Shown: positions 10,859 to 20,596, numbered from the stretch's first letter. The stretch: DNA of 64,000 bases from Clostridia bacterium (GCA_017396395.1 JAFQMF010000015.1:139940-203939); one strand, 5' to 3'. The notes: generated by a model from the sequence alone, not told the origin. Numbers and translations are program-made.

Positions 10859-11446
10859 CTACATTGAAAAAATCATACCTACTACTGCTGAGATTCCAAT
10901 AAATATTATTGGATGCCAGCCTTTTGTTTTTTTCACAATGTTAGTAAATATCCATAATATAACCGCTAAAATAAGACCTTTATAATTAAAAGCAGAAAGA
11001 GATATTTTATCATCCAAAAACATATTTGCAAAAAGTACGCTAAGACCTGCTGATGCAATAAGTCCTGTTGATGCAGGGCGAAGTCCATAAAAAGCACTCT
11101 TTACATATTTATTGTTTTTAAAGCTTTTAAGTATTGCCGTTACTATTAAAATTACAATAATAGAAGGGGTTACAAGACCTAAGGTTGAAATAACTGCACC
11201 CAGTATTGAATAAGCTACTGTGCCTAAATCTCCTCCTGTAAGAAAACCTACATAGGTTGCCATATTAACACCGATAGGTCCAGGTGTGGACTCGCTAACG
11301 GCTATCATATTAGCAAGGTCTTTATGTGAAAACCAATGGGGAAATTTGTCTGACATTTCGTATAAAAAGGGGATAGTTGCCATTCCTCCACCTACAGCAA
11401 AAAGACCTGTTTTGAAAAATTCCCAGAAAAGAAGTAAATACGTCAT
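10859..11446 (-). CDS. chrA: Chromate transporter family protein (short-chain CHR, C-terminal-half type)
   Basis: 195 aa, 6 TM helices, GGG...P...G CHR motifs. Its start overlaps the upstream partner's stop. Confidence 0.7.
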   Translation of the reverse strand: MTYLLLFWEFFKTGLFAVGGGMATIPFLYEMSDKFPHWFSHKDLANMIAVSESTPGPIGVNMATYVGFLTGGDLGTVAYSILGAVISTLGLVTPSIIVILIVTAILKSFKNNKYVKSAFYGLRPASTGLIASAGLSVLFANMFLDDKISLSAFNYKGLILAVILWIFTNIVKKTKGWHPIIFIGISAVVGMIFSM

Positions 11447-11985
11447 TATGCTTTACCTCCTTTAATTGTGAGAGCGATTCCACAAATTGCGGAAAGTAAA
11501 ATAAAGATTATAGGACTTAATGGAGTAAAGGTACTGCCCAGGGTTATGAGTATAAAAATAATCAGTGTTTTAACATCCAGAACTGACTTTTTAAACAACT
11601 TTACAACCGCATTTATTATAAGCACACAAACACAAATCCTCACACCGCCAAAGGCGTGCTGAACAATTTCCAGATGTGAAAAAGCCTCAATAACTCCTGC
11701 CAGAAGCGATATTATAATCAATGAAGGAAACACTACTCCAAGTGTTGCTACAATTCCACCTAAAACCCCTTTTTTGCTATTTCCCACAAAGGTAGCAGTA
11801 TTTACTGCAATTACACCAGGGGTACATTGGCCAATAGCAAAATAATCTACAAGCTCCTCCTCAGTTGCCCATTTTTTATTATCTACAACTTCCCTTTGTA
11901 AAATAGGCAACATAGCATATCCACCCCCGAAGGTCATAACTCCTACTTTTGCAAAGGTAAAAAACAAATCAAACAATTCCTTCAT
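11446..11985 (-). CDS. chrA: Chromate transporter family protein (short-chain CHR, N-terminal-half type)
   Basis: 179 aa paralog (FGGGYAMLP... motif). Overlap with the downstream partner suggests translational coupling of a split-CHR heterodimer. Confidence 0.7.
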   Translation of the reverse strand: MKELFDLFFTFAKVGVMTFGGGYAMLPILQREVVDNKKWATEEELVDYFAIGQCTPGVIAVNTATFVGNSKKGVLGGIVATLGVVFPSLIIISLLAGVIEAFSHLEIVQHAFGGVRICVCVLIINAVVKLFKKSVLDVKTLIIFILITLGSTFTPLSPIIFILLSAICGIALTIKGGKA

Positions 11986-12129
11986 AAATACCTCCTATAA
12001 TATATATATAGAATATTAACATATAATCCATATTTTGTCAAGAAATGACCCTTTTATTCTGTATTAATTTTTGCCCGATTGGTAAAAATTATATTATACA
12101 GTTTTAATATAAAAAGGGGATTTTTATTT

Positions 12130-12897
12130 ATGTATAAAGTTGAAATCTGCGGTGTAAATACTTCAAAATTACCAATCCTCAGCAACGAAAAGAAAAAAGA
12201 ACTTCTTATCAGAATAAAAGAAGGGGACAGTTTAGCAAAGGAGGAGTTTATTCAAGGAAATTTAAGACTTGTTTTAAGTGTCATTCAAAGATTTACAGGT
12301 CATGGGGAAAGTGTTGACGATTTGTTTCAGGTTGGATGCGTGGGACTTATTAAAGCTATGGAAAATTTTGATATGACACTGGGGGTACAGTACAGTACCT
12401 ACGCAGTACCTATGATAATCGGGGAGATAAGACGATATTTAAGAGATAATAACACAATCAGGGTAAGCAGATCTCTTCGTGATACCGCGTACAGAGCATT
12501 GAGGGTTAAAGAAGAGCTTGTAAACCAGACAGGAAATGAGCCTGCCATTGAAGAAATTGCAAAGAAAATGGAAATGAAAACGGAAGATGTAGTTTTTGCT
12601 TTAAATGCTATAGCTGACCCTGTATCTTTATTTGAACCTATTTACCATGACGGTGAAGATGCAACTTATATTGTTGATCAGGTAAAGGACAACAAAAACT
12701 GCGATGAAAATTGGATTCAGGAGCTTGCCCTAAAGCAAGCACTTGCTAATCTGGGAGAAAGGGAACGGCATATTTTGAATTTAAGGTTTTTTAAAGGAAA
12801 AACACAAATGGAGGTAGCTGAGGAAATAGGTATTTCTCAGGCACAGGTGAGCAGATTGGAAAAGAGCGCACTGTTAAATATGCGAAAGCACTTATAA
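12130..12897 (+). CDS. sigG: Sporulation sigma factor sigma-G (forespore late)
   Basis: N-terminus KVEICGV-TSKLP and regions 2.1-4.2 match B. subtilis SigG more closely than SigF. AAAGGGGA RBS before the ATG at 12130. Confidence 0.8.
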   Translation: MYKVEICGVNTSKLPILSNEKKKELLIRIKEGDSLAKEEFIQGNLRLVLSVIQRFTGHGESVDDLFQVGCVGLIKAMENFDMTLGVQYSTYAVPMIIGEIRRYLRDNNTIRVSRSLRDTAYRALRVKEELVNQTGNEPAIEEIAKKMEMKTEDVVFALNAIADPVSLFEPIYHDGEDATYIVDQVKDNKNCDENWIQELALKQALANLGERERHILNLRFFKGKTQMEVAEEIGISQAQVSRLEKSALLNMRKHL

Positions 12898-12912
12898 TTA
12901 AGAATGAAAATA

Positions 12913-12948
12913 TAAAAACCTACGGCGTTAGCCGTAGGTTTTTGTTTA
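12913..12948. terminator. Bidirectional terminator (sigG / rpsR)
   Basis: aaaacctacggc-gtta-gccgtaggtttt perfect hairpin. Confidence 0.65.
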
Positions 12949-12952
12949 TTGA

Positions 12953-13195
12953 TTAGTCATCAGAGAAAGGTAAAAGAGCTATAATTCTTGCTCTTTTAAT
13001 AGCTGTTGTAAGCTGTCTCTGGTGCTTTGCACAGCAACCGTTAATTCTTCTGGGAGTAATCTTACCTCTTTCAGAAACGTATTTACGGAGCTTAGCAATA
13101 TCTTTATAATCAATTTCAGAAACTTTATCAGCACAAAAAGCACAGATTTTTCTTCTGGGCTTTCTTATGCCACGATCATTTGATCTTTCTGCCAT
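12953..13195 (-). CDS. rpsR: 30S ribosomal protein S18
   Basis: MAERS...CAFC...RRINGC...[10 protein letters not shown] is canonical S18. GGAGGA RBS before the ATG at 13195. Confidence 0.95.
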   Translation of the reverse strand: MAERSNDRGIRKPRRKICAFCADKVSEIDYKDIAKLRKYVSERGKITPRRINGCCAKHQRQLTTAIKRARIIALLPFSDD

Positions 13196-13243
13196 TTGAA
13201 TAGTCCTCCTTATAAAATTAATTTTTCGCAAAACTGCCCTTTA

Positions 13244-13684
13244 TTAGAAAGGCAAGTCTTCGTCGGCTGTGGTAAAACCGGCAACCGAAGTTGAGTCAAA
13301 GCTTGTATCGGGTGGAGGAACAAGTCCTTCCATTTCACCTGCAGGTGCGGATGAGCTGTTTTTCTTGCTTTCAGCAAAGAAAACTTCATCAGCAACAACA
13401 TCGGTAGCATAACGCTTCTGACCACTCTGGGCATCATCCCATGAACGAACCTGAAGCTTACCGCTTACTGCAACAAGCTGACCCTTAGTGAAATACTTAG
13501 ATACAAAATCAGCAGTATTTCTCCAGGCTACAATGTTAATAAAGTCAGTCTTTCTTTCTTCACCCTGTTTAGCAAAATCACGATCTACTGCAAGAGTGAA
13601 GCTGGCAACACTTACGCCATTTGGAGTGGAACGAAGTTCCGGGTCTCTGGTTAATCTGCCCATTAAAATAACTTTATTCAGCAT
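13244..13684 (-). CDS. ssb: Single-stranded DNA-binding protein
   Basis: OB-fold N-terminus, Gly/Pro-rich linker and acidic C-terminal DEDLPF tail. Confidence 0.92.
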   Translation of the reverse strand: MLNKVILMGRLTRDPELRSTPNGVSVASFTLAVDRDFAKQGEERKTDFINIVAWRNTADFVSKYFTKGQLVAVSGKLQVRSWDDAQSGQKRYATDVVADEVFFAESKKNSSSAPAGEMEGLVPPPDTSFDSTSVAGFTTADEDLPF

Positions 13685-13697
13685 ATAAATTCACCTC

Positions 13698-14000
13698 TTA
13701 CTCATAATGCTCTTTAACGATGATTAAAGAACGAAGGATACCTTCTGTGATACCGTAAACTCTTTCAAGTTCAGCGGGGAATGAAGGTTCACTTGTGAAT
13801 TCAACAAGAACGTAGTAGCCTTCAGTTTTGTAATTAATCTCATAAGCAAGTCTCTTTTTACCCCATACGTCGATATTATCGATTTGAGCATTTGCCTCGA
13901 TTAATGACTTGAACTTTTCAACAACAGCGTCAATCTGTTCCTGTTCGAGAGCTGCATCCACAACGAATATAGTCTCGTACTTGTTTACAATTTTAGTCAT
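13698..14000 (-). CDS. rpsF: 30S ribosomal protein S6
   Basis: MTKIVNKYETIFVV... matches S6. GGAGGTG RBS before the ATG at 14000. Order rpsF-ssb-rpsR is classical. Confidence 0.95.
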   Translation of the reverse strand: MTKIVNKYETIFVVDAALEQEQIDAVVEKFKSLIEANAQIDNIDVWGKKRLAYEINYKTEGYYVLVEFTSEPSFPAELERVYGITEGILRSLIIVKEHYE

Positions 14001-14076
14001 TATTTTCACCTCCTTTTGGACTTTGGCCCTGTAAACTTTGTACAGAGCAAGGATGTTGCATAAAACAACATTATAT

Positions 14077-14105
14077 ATTATACACTTTTTTAAGGTGTTT
14101 GTCAA
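14077..14105 (-). promoter_or_regulatory. Sigma-A promoter of the rpsF-ssb-rpsR operon
   Basis: Minus strand reads TTGACA, 17-nt spacer, TATAAT, about 75 nt upstream of rpsF. Confidence 0.55.
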
Positions 14106-14121
14106 GAAGATTTTTCCTTTA

Positions 14122-14158
14122 TTTCGTAAAAATGCCCCTGATATGTATCAGAGGCAAA
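14122..14158 (-). terminator. Terminator of pncB
   Basis: On the minus strand: gcctctgata-ca-tatcaggggc followed by ATTTTT. Confidence 0.5.
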
Positions 14159-14164
14159 AAAACT

Positions 14165-15610
14165 TTATTCGGAGTATTTATCAAGAAGCTCCTGCTTAAT
14201 ATTCCACAGCTTTTTAGAAAGGTCAACATAATATTTATGAGGATTATCAAATCGTTTAACCTCATCCCAGATTGTATCCATTTGAGCTGAGCAGTAACTT
14301 CTGATGTCTTCCACATCAGGAAGGTCATATACAAGTTTGCCGTCTTTAAAAATCTGTACCATTAAAGGTTTAGCGTAAAAGTTTGATACAGTTTTCTTTT
14401 TCCAGGTAAACTCAGGGTCAAAAATTGTAATATCACGGCTGTCATCAATTGTTTCGTGGTGAAGTGCTACAATGTCGGCAAATGCCTGGTCGGATTCCTT
14501 GGAATAAAGACGGTAAATCTGCTTAAAGCAAGGAGTTGTAATCTTTGCTACATTTTCACTAAGCTTGATTTTGGGAATGATATTTCCTTTTTCATCTTCG
14601 ATGGCTGTAAGCTTATAAACACCACCGAGCACAGGTTCTGCACGAGAGGTAATAAGTCTTTCACCAACACCAAAGGAGTCAATTTCTGCACCTTGTGCTA
14701 TAAGTGTGGAAATAATATTCTCATCAAGGGAGTTGGAAACAACAATTTTACAATCGGAAAAACCTTCATCATCAAGCACTTTTCTGATTTTTTTTGTTAG
14801 ATAAGTAACATCACCGCTGTCAATACGAATACCTTTAGGACGGTATCCCATAGGTGCAAGTACTTCTTTAAAGCATTTTATTGCATTGGGAAGACCGCTT
14901 TTAAGGACATTATATGTATCAATCAACAGCACGCAACTATCAGGATAAGATTTTGCATATGATGCAAATGCTTCATATTCTGAAGGGAAAAGCTGTACCC
15001 AGCTATGTGCCATTGTTCCTGAAACAGGAATATTATATTGTCTGTCGGAAATTGTACAAGAGGTAGAACTGCAACCTGCAATGTATGTAGCTCTTGCACC
15101 TAAAATTGCGGCAGCATACCCCTGAGCTCTTCTTGCACCAAATTCCATAACAGGTCTGCCTGCAGCTGCCCTTACAACACGGCTTGCTTTTGTAGCAATA
15201 AGTGTCTGATGATTCATACAAATAAGAATCATAGTTTCAAGGAGCTGTGCCTGAATAACTGGACCTCGAACTGTTACAAGAGGCTCGTTGGGAAACATTG
15301 GAGTACCCTCAGGAACGGCCCAAACATCACACTGAAACTGAAAATTTCTTAAATATTCTAAAAAATCCTCTGCAAAAATTTTCTTGTTTCTTAAATATTC
15401 AATATCTTCATCGGAAAAATGAAGATTTGACAAATATTCCACCACTGATTCCAGTCCGCAGGCTATAACATAACCTCCGTTTTCAGGAACTGTGCGGAAA
15501 TACATATCATAATAGCCTATAGTATCTCTTTGAGGGCTGTTCCAAAAACCGCCTGCCATAGTAAATTCATAAAAATCAGTAAGCATTGTAAGATTTTTGC
15601 CGTCAACCAT
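14165..15610 (-). CDS. pncB: Nicotinate phosphoribosyltransferase
   Basis: 481 aa NAPRTase family (TDFYEFTMAGG, GTMAHS, phospho-His region). Confidence 0.9.
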   Translation of the reverse strand: MVDGKNLTMLTDFYEFTMAGGFWNSPQRDTIGYYDMYFRTVPENGGYVIACGLESVVEYLSNLHFSDEDIEYLRNKKIFAEDFLEYLRNFQFQCDVWAVPEGTPMFPNEPLVTVRGPVIQAQLLETMILICMNHQTLIATKASRVVRAAAGRPVMEFGARRAQGYAAAILGARATYIAGCSSTSCTISDRQYNIPVSGTMAHSWVQLFPSEYEAFASYAKSYPDSCVLLIDTYNVLKSGLPNAIKCFKEVLAPMGYRPKGIRIDSGDVTYLTKKIRKVLDDEGFSDCKIVVSNSLDENIISTLIAQGAEIDSFGVGERLITSRAEPVLGGVYKLTAIEDEKGNIIPKIKLSENVAKITTPCFKQIYRLYSKESDQAFADIVALHHETIDDSRDITIFDPEFTWKKKTVSNFYAKPLMVQIFKDGKLVYDLPDVEDIRSYCSAQMDTIWDEVKRFDNPHKYYVDLSKKLWNIKQELLDKYSE

Positions 15611-15616
15611 AAAAGC

Positions 15617-15919
15617 TTATGCCTCCTCTTCACCAAGAGCGTCGCAAAGCCAGAAGGAAGCAATATCAAAGGCTTTATTAAGGTCCTCACGTTCAGCTTT
15701 TTTTACCACTCTGTCTCTGCCTGCTTTGGTATTATCAATAAGTGATATTACCACATTTGTAGCAGCTTCCACACCGTATTTAGGTGCAGTATCAGTAATT
15801 TCCATTTCAACCATAAAAGCCTCGTCAAGGTATCCTAAATATACCATATTATCTTTTTTAACAAGGGGTTTATTTTTATAAAATGTAGTTGTAATTGCAT
15901 TTTCGTTCTTTTTAGCCAT
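15617..15919 (-). CDS. Hypothetical acidic 100-aa protein, translationally coupled to pncB
   Basis: GGAGGTG RBS 7 nt before the ATG at 15919. Its stop lies 6 nt before the pncB start. No recognisable domain. Confidence 0.45.
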   Translation of the reverse strand: MAKKNENAITTTFYKNKPLVKKDNMVYLGYLDEAFMVEMEITDTAPKYGVEAATNVVISLIDNTKAGRDRVVKKAEREDLNKAFDIASFWLCDALGEEEA

Positions 15920-16085
15920 AAAAAACACCTCCGTAAATTTTAAATCAGTTTTTGTATGTAAAAATGCCGCATAGGCAAAATTTACTGTATATATTATACC
16001 ATATAAATATCAAATAGTAAAGTTAATTTGCAAATTTTTTTTACTGTTAAAACTAAAGAATTTGTGGAAAATATAAAAAAAAATC

Positions 16086-16114
16086 TTGCAAATTTGTGAA
16101 AAATGTAGTATTAT
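16086..16114 (+). promoter_or_regulatory. Sigma-A-type promoter for the PucR-like regulator/ftsEX operon
   Basis: TTGCAA, 17-nt spacer, TATTAT, about 45 nt upstream of 16161. Confidence 0.45.
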
Positions 16115-16160
16115 ATATACATAACATAATAATTCTTTTATATTTAGGGGGTAATACCAT

Positions 16161-17243
16161 ATGAGCAGAATTTTCCAGAATGTAATTTTACAACTGAAGG
16201 AAATTTACGGACGCAAGCTGGGAGTTATAGACAGCTCAGGCACAGTGACTGCCTGTACATACGGCTTGCTTGATGGCCCTACTGTTGAGCATATTCTAAA
16301 AAAATATGCTGATCCGGCGGCTTTTTATTCATATGACGGATATACATATAAGCCCGTAGGAAATAGAAGTAAGATGGATTTTATTACTTTTTGCGAGGGT
16401 GTTGACGAAACTGCAAGAACCTGTTGTAGTGTCCTTGCTATAACCCTTTCAAATATCAAGATTTTTCACGATGAAAAGTATGATAAATCTAATCTTGTAA
16501 AGAATATTCTTCTTGATAACATTCTTCCGGAAGACATTCTGGTTAAATCAAAGGAGCTTCATCTGGATGCAGATGTATCCCGTGCTTGCTTCCTGATACA
16601 GACTGCAGAAGGGGCAAGCTTTTCTGTATTTGATATTTTGCAGAATATGTTTCCTGAAAAGGGCAAAAACTTTATTATAAATATTGATGAGCATTTTGTT
16701 GCACTGGTAAAAGAGGTAAAAGATGGTATTGACGCAAAGGAAATGGATAAAATTGCAAAGTCCATTATGGATACCCTTTATACTGAAGCACTTGTTAAAG
16801 TGTATATAGGCATTGGCAGCACTTGTGATAATATCCGTGACCTTGCCCGTTCCTATAAAGAGTCTAAAATTGCTCTTGAGGTAGGCAGAGTATTTGAAAG
16901 CGACAAGCAGATTGTAAACTTTGAAACACTTGGTATTGGAAGACTTATTTATCAGCTTCCTACAACACTTTGTGAATTATTTTTACATGAAGTATTCAAA
17001 AAAGAGTCCTTAGATGCTCTTGACCAGGAAACTATCCTTACAATTCAAAAATTCTTTAAACACAATCTTAATGTTTCAGAAACTGCAAGGGAGCTTTTTG
17101 TTCATAGAAATACCCTTGTGTACAGACTTGATAAAATTGAGAAAATTACCGGTCTTGACCTTAGAGAATTTGACCAGTCTGTAACCTTCAAGGTTGCTAT
17201 GATGGTTAAAAAGTATCTTGAATCTAACACAATTAAGTATTAG
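16161..17243 (+). CDS. PucR/CdaR-family transcriptional regulator
   Basis: 360 aa. The C-terminal helix-turn-helix (...ETARELFVHRNTLVYRLDKIEKITGLD) is typical of the PucR C-terminal domain. AGGGGG RBS. Confidence 0.65.
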   Translation: MSRIFQNVILQLKEIYGRKLGVIDSSGTVTACTYGLLDGPTVEHILKKYADPAAFYSYDGYTYKPVGNRSKMDFITFCEGVDETARTCCSVLAITLSNIKIFHDEKYDKSNLVKNILLDNILPEDILVKSKELHLDADVSRACFLIQTAEGASFSVFDILQNMFPEKGKNFIINIDEHFVALVKEVKDGIDAKEMDKIAKSIMDTLYTEALVKVYIGIGSTCDNIRDLARSYKESKIALEVGRVFESDKQIVNFETLGIGRLIYQLPTTLCELFLHEVFKKESLDALDQETILTIQKFFKHNLNVSETARELFVHRNTLVYRLDKIEKITGLDLREFDQSVTFKVAMMVKKYLESNTIKY

Positions 17244-17275
17244 TCGGTTCCGGAATGGAAAGGGGGCAAAAAGCT

Positions 17276-17998
17276 ATGCCATTTTCTGAAATCAACACAC
17301 AGACAGTAGTGCAGTTTGAAGGGGTAACAAAAATATACGAGGGCGGAGTTAAAGCTCTTGATAATGTTAGCTTTTCTGTAAATAAAGGAGAATTTGTATT
17401 TATTATAGGTCCCAGTGGTGCGGGCAAATCTACCATTACCAAACTTATGATTCACGAAGAAACTCCTGATAATGGCAGAGTTAAAGTGGCAGACTTTGAT
17501 ATTGCTTCTATGCACAGAAAACATATTCCCACTCTTAGAAGAAGTATGGGAATGGTTTTTCAAGACTTCAGACTTTTGCCTAATAAGACCGTATATGAAA
17601 ATGTTGCATTTGCCATGGAAATCATAGGGGCAAGTCAAAAACAAATCAGAAGGAGAGTTTCAACTGTCCTTAGTCAGACAGGACTTTCTGATAAATGGAA
17701 ATTTTTACCCAGTCAGCTTTCCGGCGGTGAACAACAAAGGGTGGGTATTGCAAGGGCACTTGTAAATAACCCCAAATTTATTGTTGCAGATGAACCTACG
17801 GGAAACCTTGATAATGATACAGCTGATGGCATTATGGAGCTTCTTGACCAGATTAATAAATGCGGAACTACCATTATTATGGTAACTCATTCTCAGCAGA
17901 TTGTAGAGCGAATGAAAAAAAGAGTTATAACAATTGAAAACGGAATTGTTGTAAAGGACGAACAAGGAGGGTATAATCATGCTGGGGAGAGCTTGTAG
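17276..17998 (+). CDS. ftsE: Cell-division ABC transporter ATP-binding protein FtsE
   Basis: Walker A GPSGAGKST, ABC signature LSGGEQQR and Walker B are all present. Followed by ftsX with overlap. Confidence 0.9.
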   Translation: MPFSEINTQTVVQFEGVTKIYEGGVKALDNVSFSVNKGEFVFIIGPSGAGKSTITKLMIHEETPDNGRVKVADFDIASMHRKHIPTLRRSMGMVFQDFRLLPNKTVYENVAFAMEIIGASQKQIRRRVSTVLSQTGLSDKWKFLPSQLSGGEQQRVGIARALVNNPKFIVADEPTGNLDNDTADGIMELLDQINKCGTTIIMVTHSQQIVERMKKRVITIENGIVVKDEQGGYNHAGESL

Positions 17999-18872
17999 CA
18001 ATTATTTTGCAAAGGCATTTTCTAACCTGTGGAAAAACAGATTATTTTCTCTGCTTTCTACTGCTACAATAGTTTTCTGCCTTTTGCTTTTGGGAATAGC
18101 CCTTATATTAGGGTCAAATATTACTTATGTTTCAAAACAGCTTGAAGTGCAGTATGAAATACATGCTTATGTTGATTTATCCTACTCTGAAGCGGATGCA
18201 AAACGGCTTCAAAGTAAGATAAATGATATACCGTATGTTGATACTGCTACCTTTGTTTCAAAGGAGGAAGCTCTTGCAGGTATGGAAGAAAGTATGGCGG
18301 ATTCTGCATCAGCTTTTGAAATGCTCCATGGAGAAGAAAATCCTCTTCCTCATACTTATGATATTACTCTTACTGATGTATCAAAGGCAAATGAGGTTGT
18401 AGCAGAGGTAAGTAAGCTTGTAGGAATTGACGAGGTTAAAAACCGTTCGGATGTTTTGAATTCTATTATAAATACATCCCGTGCTGCTCAGGCAGTAAGT
18501 ATGATAGGAATGATTATCTTTGCGTTAGTAGGAATATTTATTATATCCAGTACAATTAAAATGTCAGTTACAGCAAGGCAAAGAGAAATTGAAATAATGA
18601 AATATGTTGGTGCTACAGACTGGTATATAAGATGGCCTTTTATAATTGAAGGAACAGTTATGGGTATAATAGGTGCACTTATTGCCTACGTTCCTGTAAC
18701 TATAGGTTATGCAAATATAGTATCCTGGTGGCAGAGTAACGGTGCAGGTATGTTTGAGCTTATTCCATTAATAGACCTGCAGGCAAGAGTGATTTTGATT
18801 TTTGCTATTATGGGTTGTTTTTTAGGTGCTTTTGGTAGTGTTATATCAATAAGAAAACACCTGAAGGTGTAA
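17979..18872 (+). CDS. ftsX: Cell-division permease-like protein FtsX
   Basis: N-terminal FSNLWKNR motif, large extracellular loop, 4 TM helices. Overlaps the ftsE stop. AAGGAGG RBS. Confidence 0.88.
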   Translation: MLGRACSNYFAKAFSNLWKNRLFSLLSTATIVFCLLLLGIALILGSNITYVSKQLEVQYEIHAYVDLSYSEADAKRLQSKINDIPYVDTATFVSKEEALAGMEESMADSASAFEMLHGEENPLPHTYDITLTDVSKANEVVAEVSKLVGIDEVKNRSDVLNSIINTSRAAQAVSMIGMIIFALVGIFIISSTIKMSVTARQREIEIMKYVGATDWYIRWPFIIEGTVMGIIGALIAYVPVTIGYANIVSWWQSNGAGMFELIPLIDLQARVILIFAIMGCFLGAFGSVISIRKHLKV

Positions 18873-18903
18873 AGTTTTTGCTTGGAAAGGAGCCGGAAGT
18901 CCA

Positions 18904-20064
18904 ATGAGAAGTAAAATGTCTTTTAAGAAAATTGTTTCTGTATTATTGATTGTTACTGGATTTGTTTGCTATTCCGGTTTATCTTCCTATGCAGAGTCTG
19001 CTGCGGCTTTAAGAGATAAAATTGCTGCTGCAGATAAAAAGATACAACAGGCTGAAAAAGAGCTTAGCGAAGCTAAGAAAAAACAAGCATCTGCTGAAAA
19101 ACAAAAAGAAATTATTGATGATAAAATTGAACAGATTGTTGCAAATATTGTGTATATAAATACAGGTATTGATAATGCAAACACACAGATTGCACAAAAG
19201 GAAGAAGAAATTTTAGTTGCTCAGGAAAAGCTTGATACAAATAAAAGCTACTTTAAAAAGAGAGTAGTTTCTATGTATAAATCAGGAGCTACAACATATC
19301 TTGATATGTTGTTTGGTGCAGACAGTATCGCAGATTTTTTCAGCAGAATGGATATGCTTTCTTATGTGCTTAAAAATGATAAAAAAATAGTTGAGGATAT
19401 GACCAATGCACGTGATGCGGTTGTAGAAGCCAAAAAAGTTATTGAGGAAAGAAAAGCGGAGCTTGAGGTTTCAAGAGAACTTGCTCAGGAACAAAAAGAA
19501 ACGCTTGACAAAACTTTAGCACAGCAACAGATGATTGTTGATAAGCTTGGCGCACAGGTTAAGGTAAATCAGCAGGAAGCGGCTGCAGCACAAAGAGAAA
19601 AGGATGCTCTTAACGCTCAGCTTGAAAGAGAGCTTGCAGGATATACACAGCCTCCTACACAGGGAGCTGCCTATGCAGGAGGTAAAATGGCATGGCCAAC
19701 CCCTCAGGGTGGTACTATTACAAGTCCTTATGGGTACAGAACATACCCTTCTAACGGGCTTCATACAGGTCTTGATATCGGTATAAAAATGGGAAGTACA
19801 ATTGTTGCTGCAGAGGCGGGAACAGTTGTTAAGGTTATAAATGGTACAACAGGTTACGGTAAATATCTAATAGTTAATCACGGTAACGGGGTTATGACAT
19901 TATATGCCCATACAAGTAAAATAATAGTGGGTGTAGGACAGTATGTAAACAGAGGCGAGAAAATTGCAGAAATTGGCTCTACAGGATTTTCTACAGGACC
20001 TCATCTGCATTTTGAAGTAAGAATAAACGGTAAAGCGGTTAATCCAATTGGGTATATAACCTGA
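18904..20064 (+). CDS. Coiled-coil M23 (LytM-type) peptidoglycan endopeptidase, likely FtsEX-regulated
   Basis: Signal peptide, ~250 aa of heptad-rich coiled coil, then a C-terminal M23 domain. Both zinc-ligand motifs HTGLD and HLHFE are intact. Confidence 0.85.
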   Translation: MRSKMSFKKIVSVLLIVTGFVCYSGLSSYAESAAALRDKIAAADKKIQQAEKELSEAKKKQASAEKQKEIIDDKIEQIVANIVYINTGIDNANTQIAQKEEEILVAQEKLDTNKSYFKKRVVSMYKSGATTYLDMLFGADSIADFFSRMDMLSYVLKNDKKIVEDMTNARDAVVEAKKVIEERKAELEVSRELAQEQKETLDKTLAQQQMIVDKLGAQVKVNQQEAAAAQREKDALNAQLERELAGYTQPPTQGAAYAGGKMAWPTPQGGTITSPYGYRTYPSNGLHTGLDIGIKMGSTIVAAEAGTVVKVINGTTGYGKYLIVNHGNGVMTLYAHTSKIIVGVGQYVNRGEKIAEIGSTGFSTGPHLHFEVRINGKAVNPIGYIT

Positions 20065-20080
20065 TTTGCGGAGGAAGGAA

Positions 20081-20596
20081 ATGTCTGCGGTATTAGATTA
20101 TTTTATGAAGTTTAAAGAGCTGGGAGTTTTTCTGGTTTCTATGATACCTATAGTTGAACTAAGAGGTGCTATTCCCGCAGGAGTAGCGCTTGGGATAAAT
20201 CCGATAATTCTTTGTATTATGTGTATTATAGGTAATATGATTCCGATACCTTTCATACTTTTATTTATACGGCCTATATTTAATGCTCTTAAAAAAACTA
20301 AGATGTTTAATTTTATAAAAAAGCTGGAGGACAGAGCACTTAATAAATCTGAATCTGTACGAAAAAAAAGCTTTTTAGGTCTTATGATATTTGTGGCAAT
20401 ACCTTTGCCGGGTACGGGAGCATGGACTGGAGCACTTATCGCTGCATTACTTAATATGCGTTTTAAAAAAGCACTTCCTGCAATATTTGTGGGAGTGGTA
20501 ATTGCGGGTATATTAGTTACAGTTGCTTGCGAACTTCTTAAATACGGAGTATTTACATCAGGTTTTATGTACGAAATATTGCAATTTATAAAATAA
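20081..20596 (+). CDS. COG2426-type small membrane protein
   Basis: 4-5 TM helices. GGAGGAAGG RBS before the ATG at 20081. Family assignment is from memory. Confidence 0.5.
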   Translation: MSAVLDYFMKFKELGVFLVSMIPIVELRGAIPAGVALGINPIILCIMCIIGNMIPIPFILLFIRPIFNALKKTKMFNFIKKLEDRALNKSESVRKKSFLGLMIFVAIPLPGTGAWTGALIAALLNMRFKKALPAIFVGVVIAGILVTVACELLKYGVFTSGFMYEILQFIK

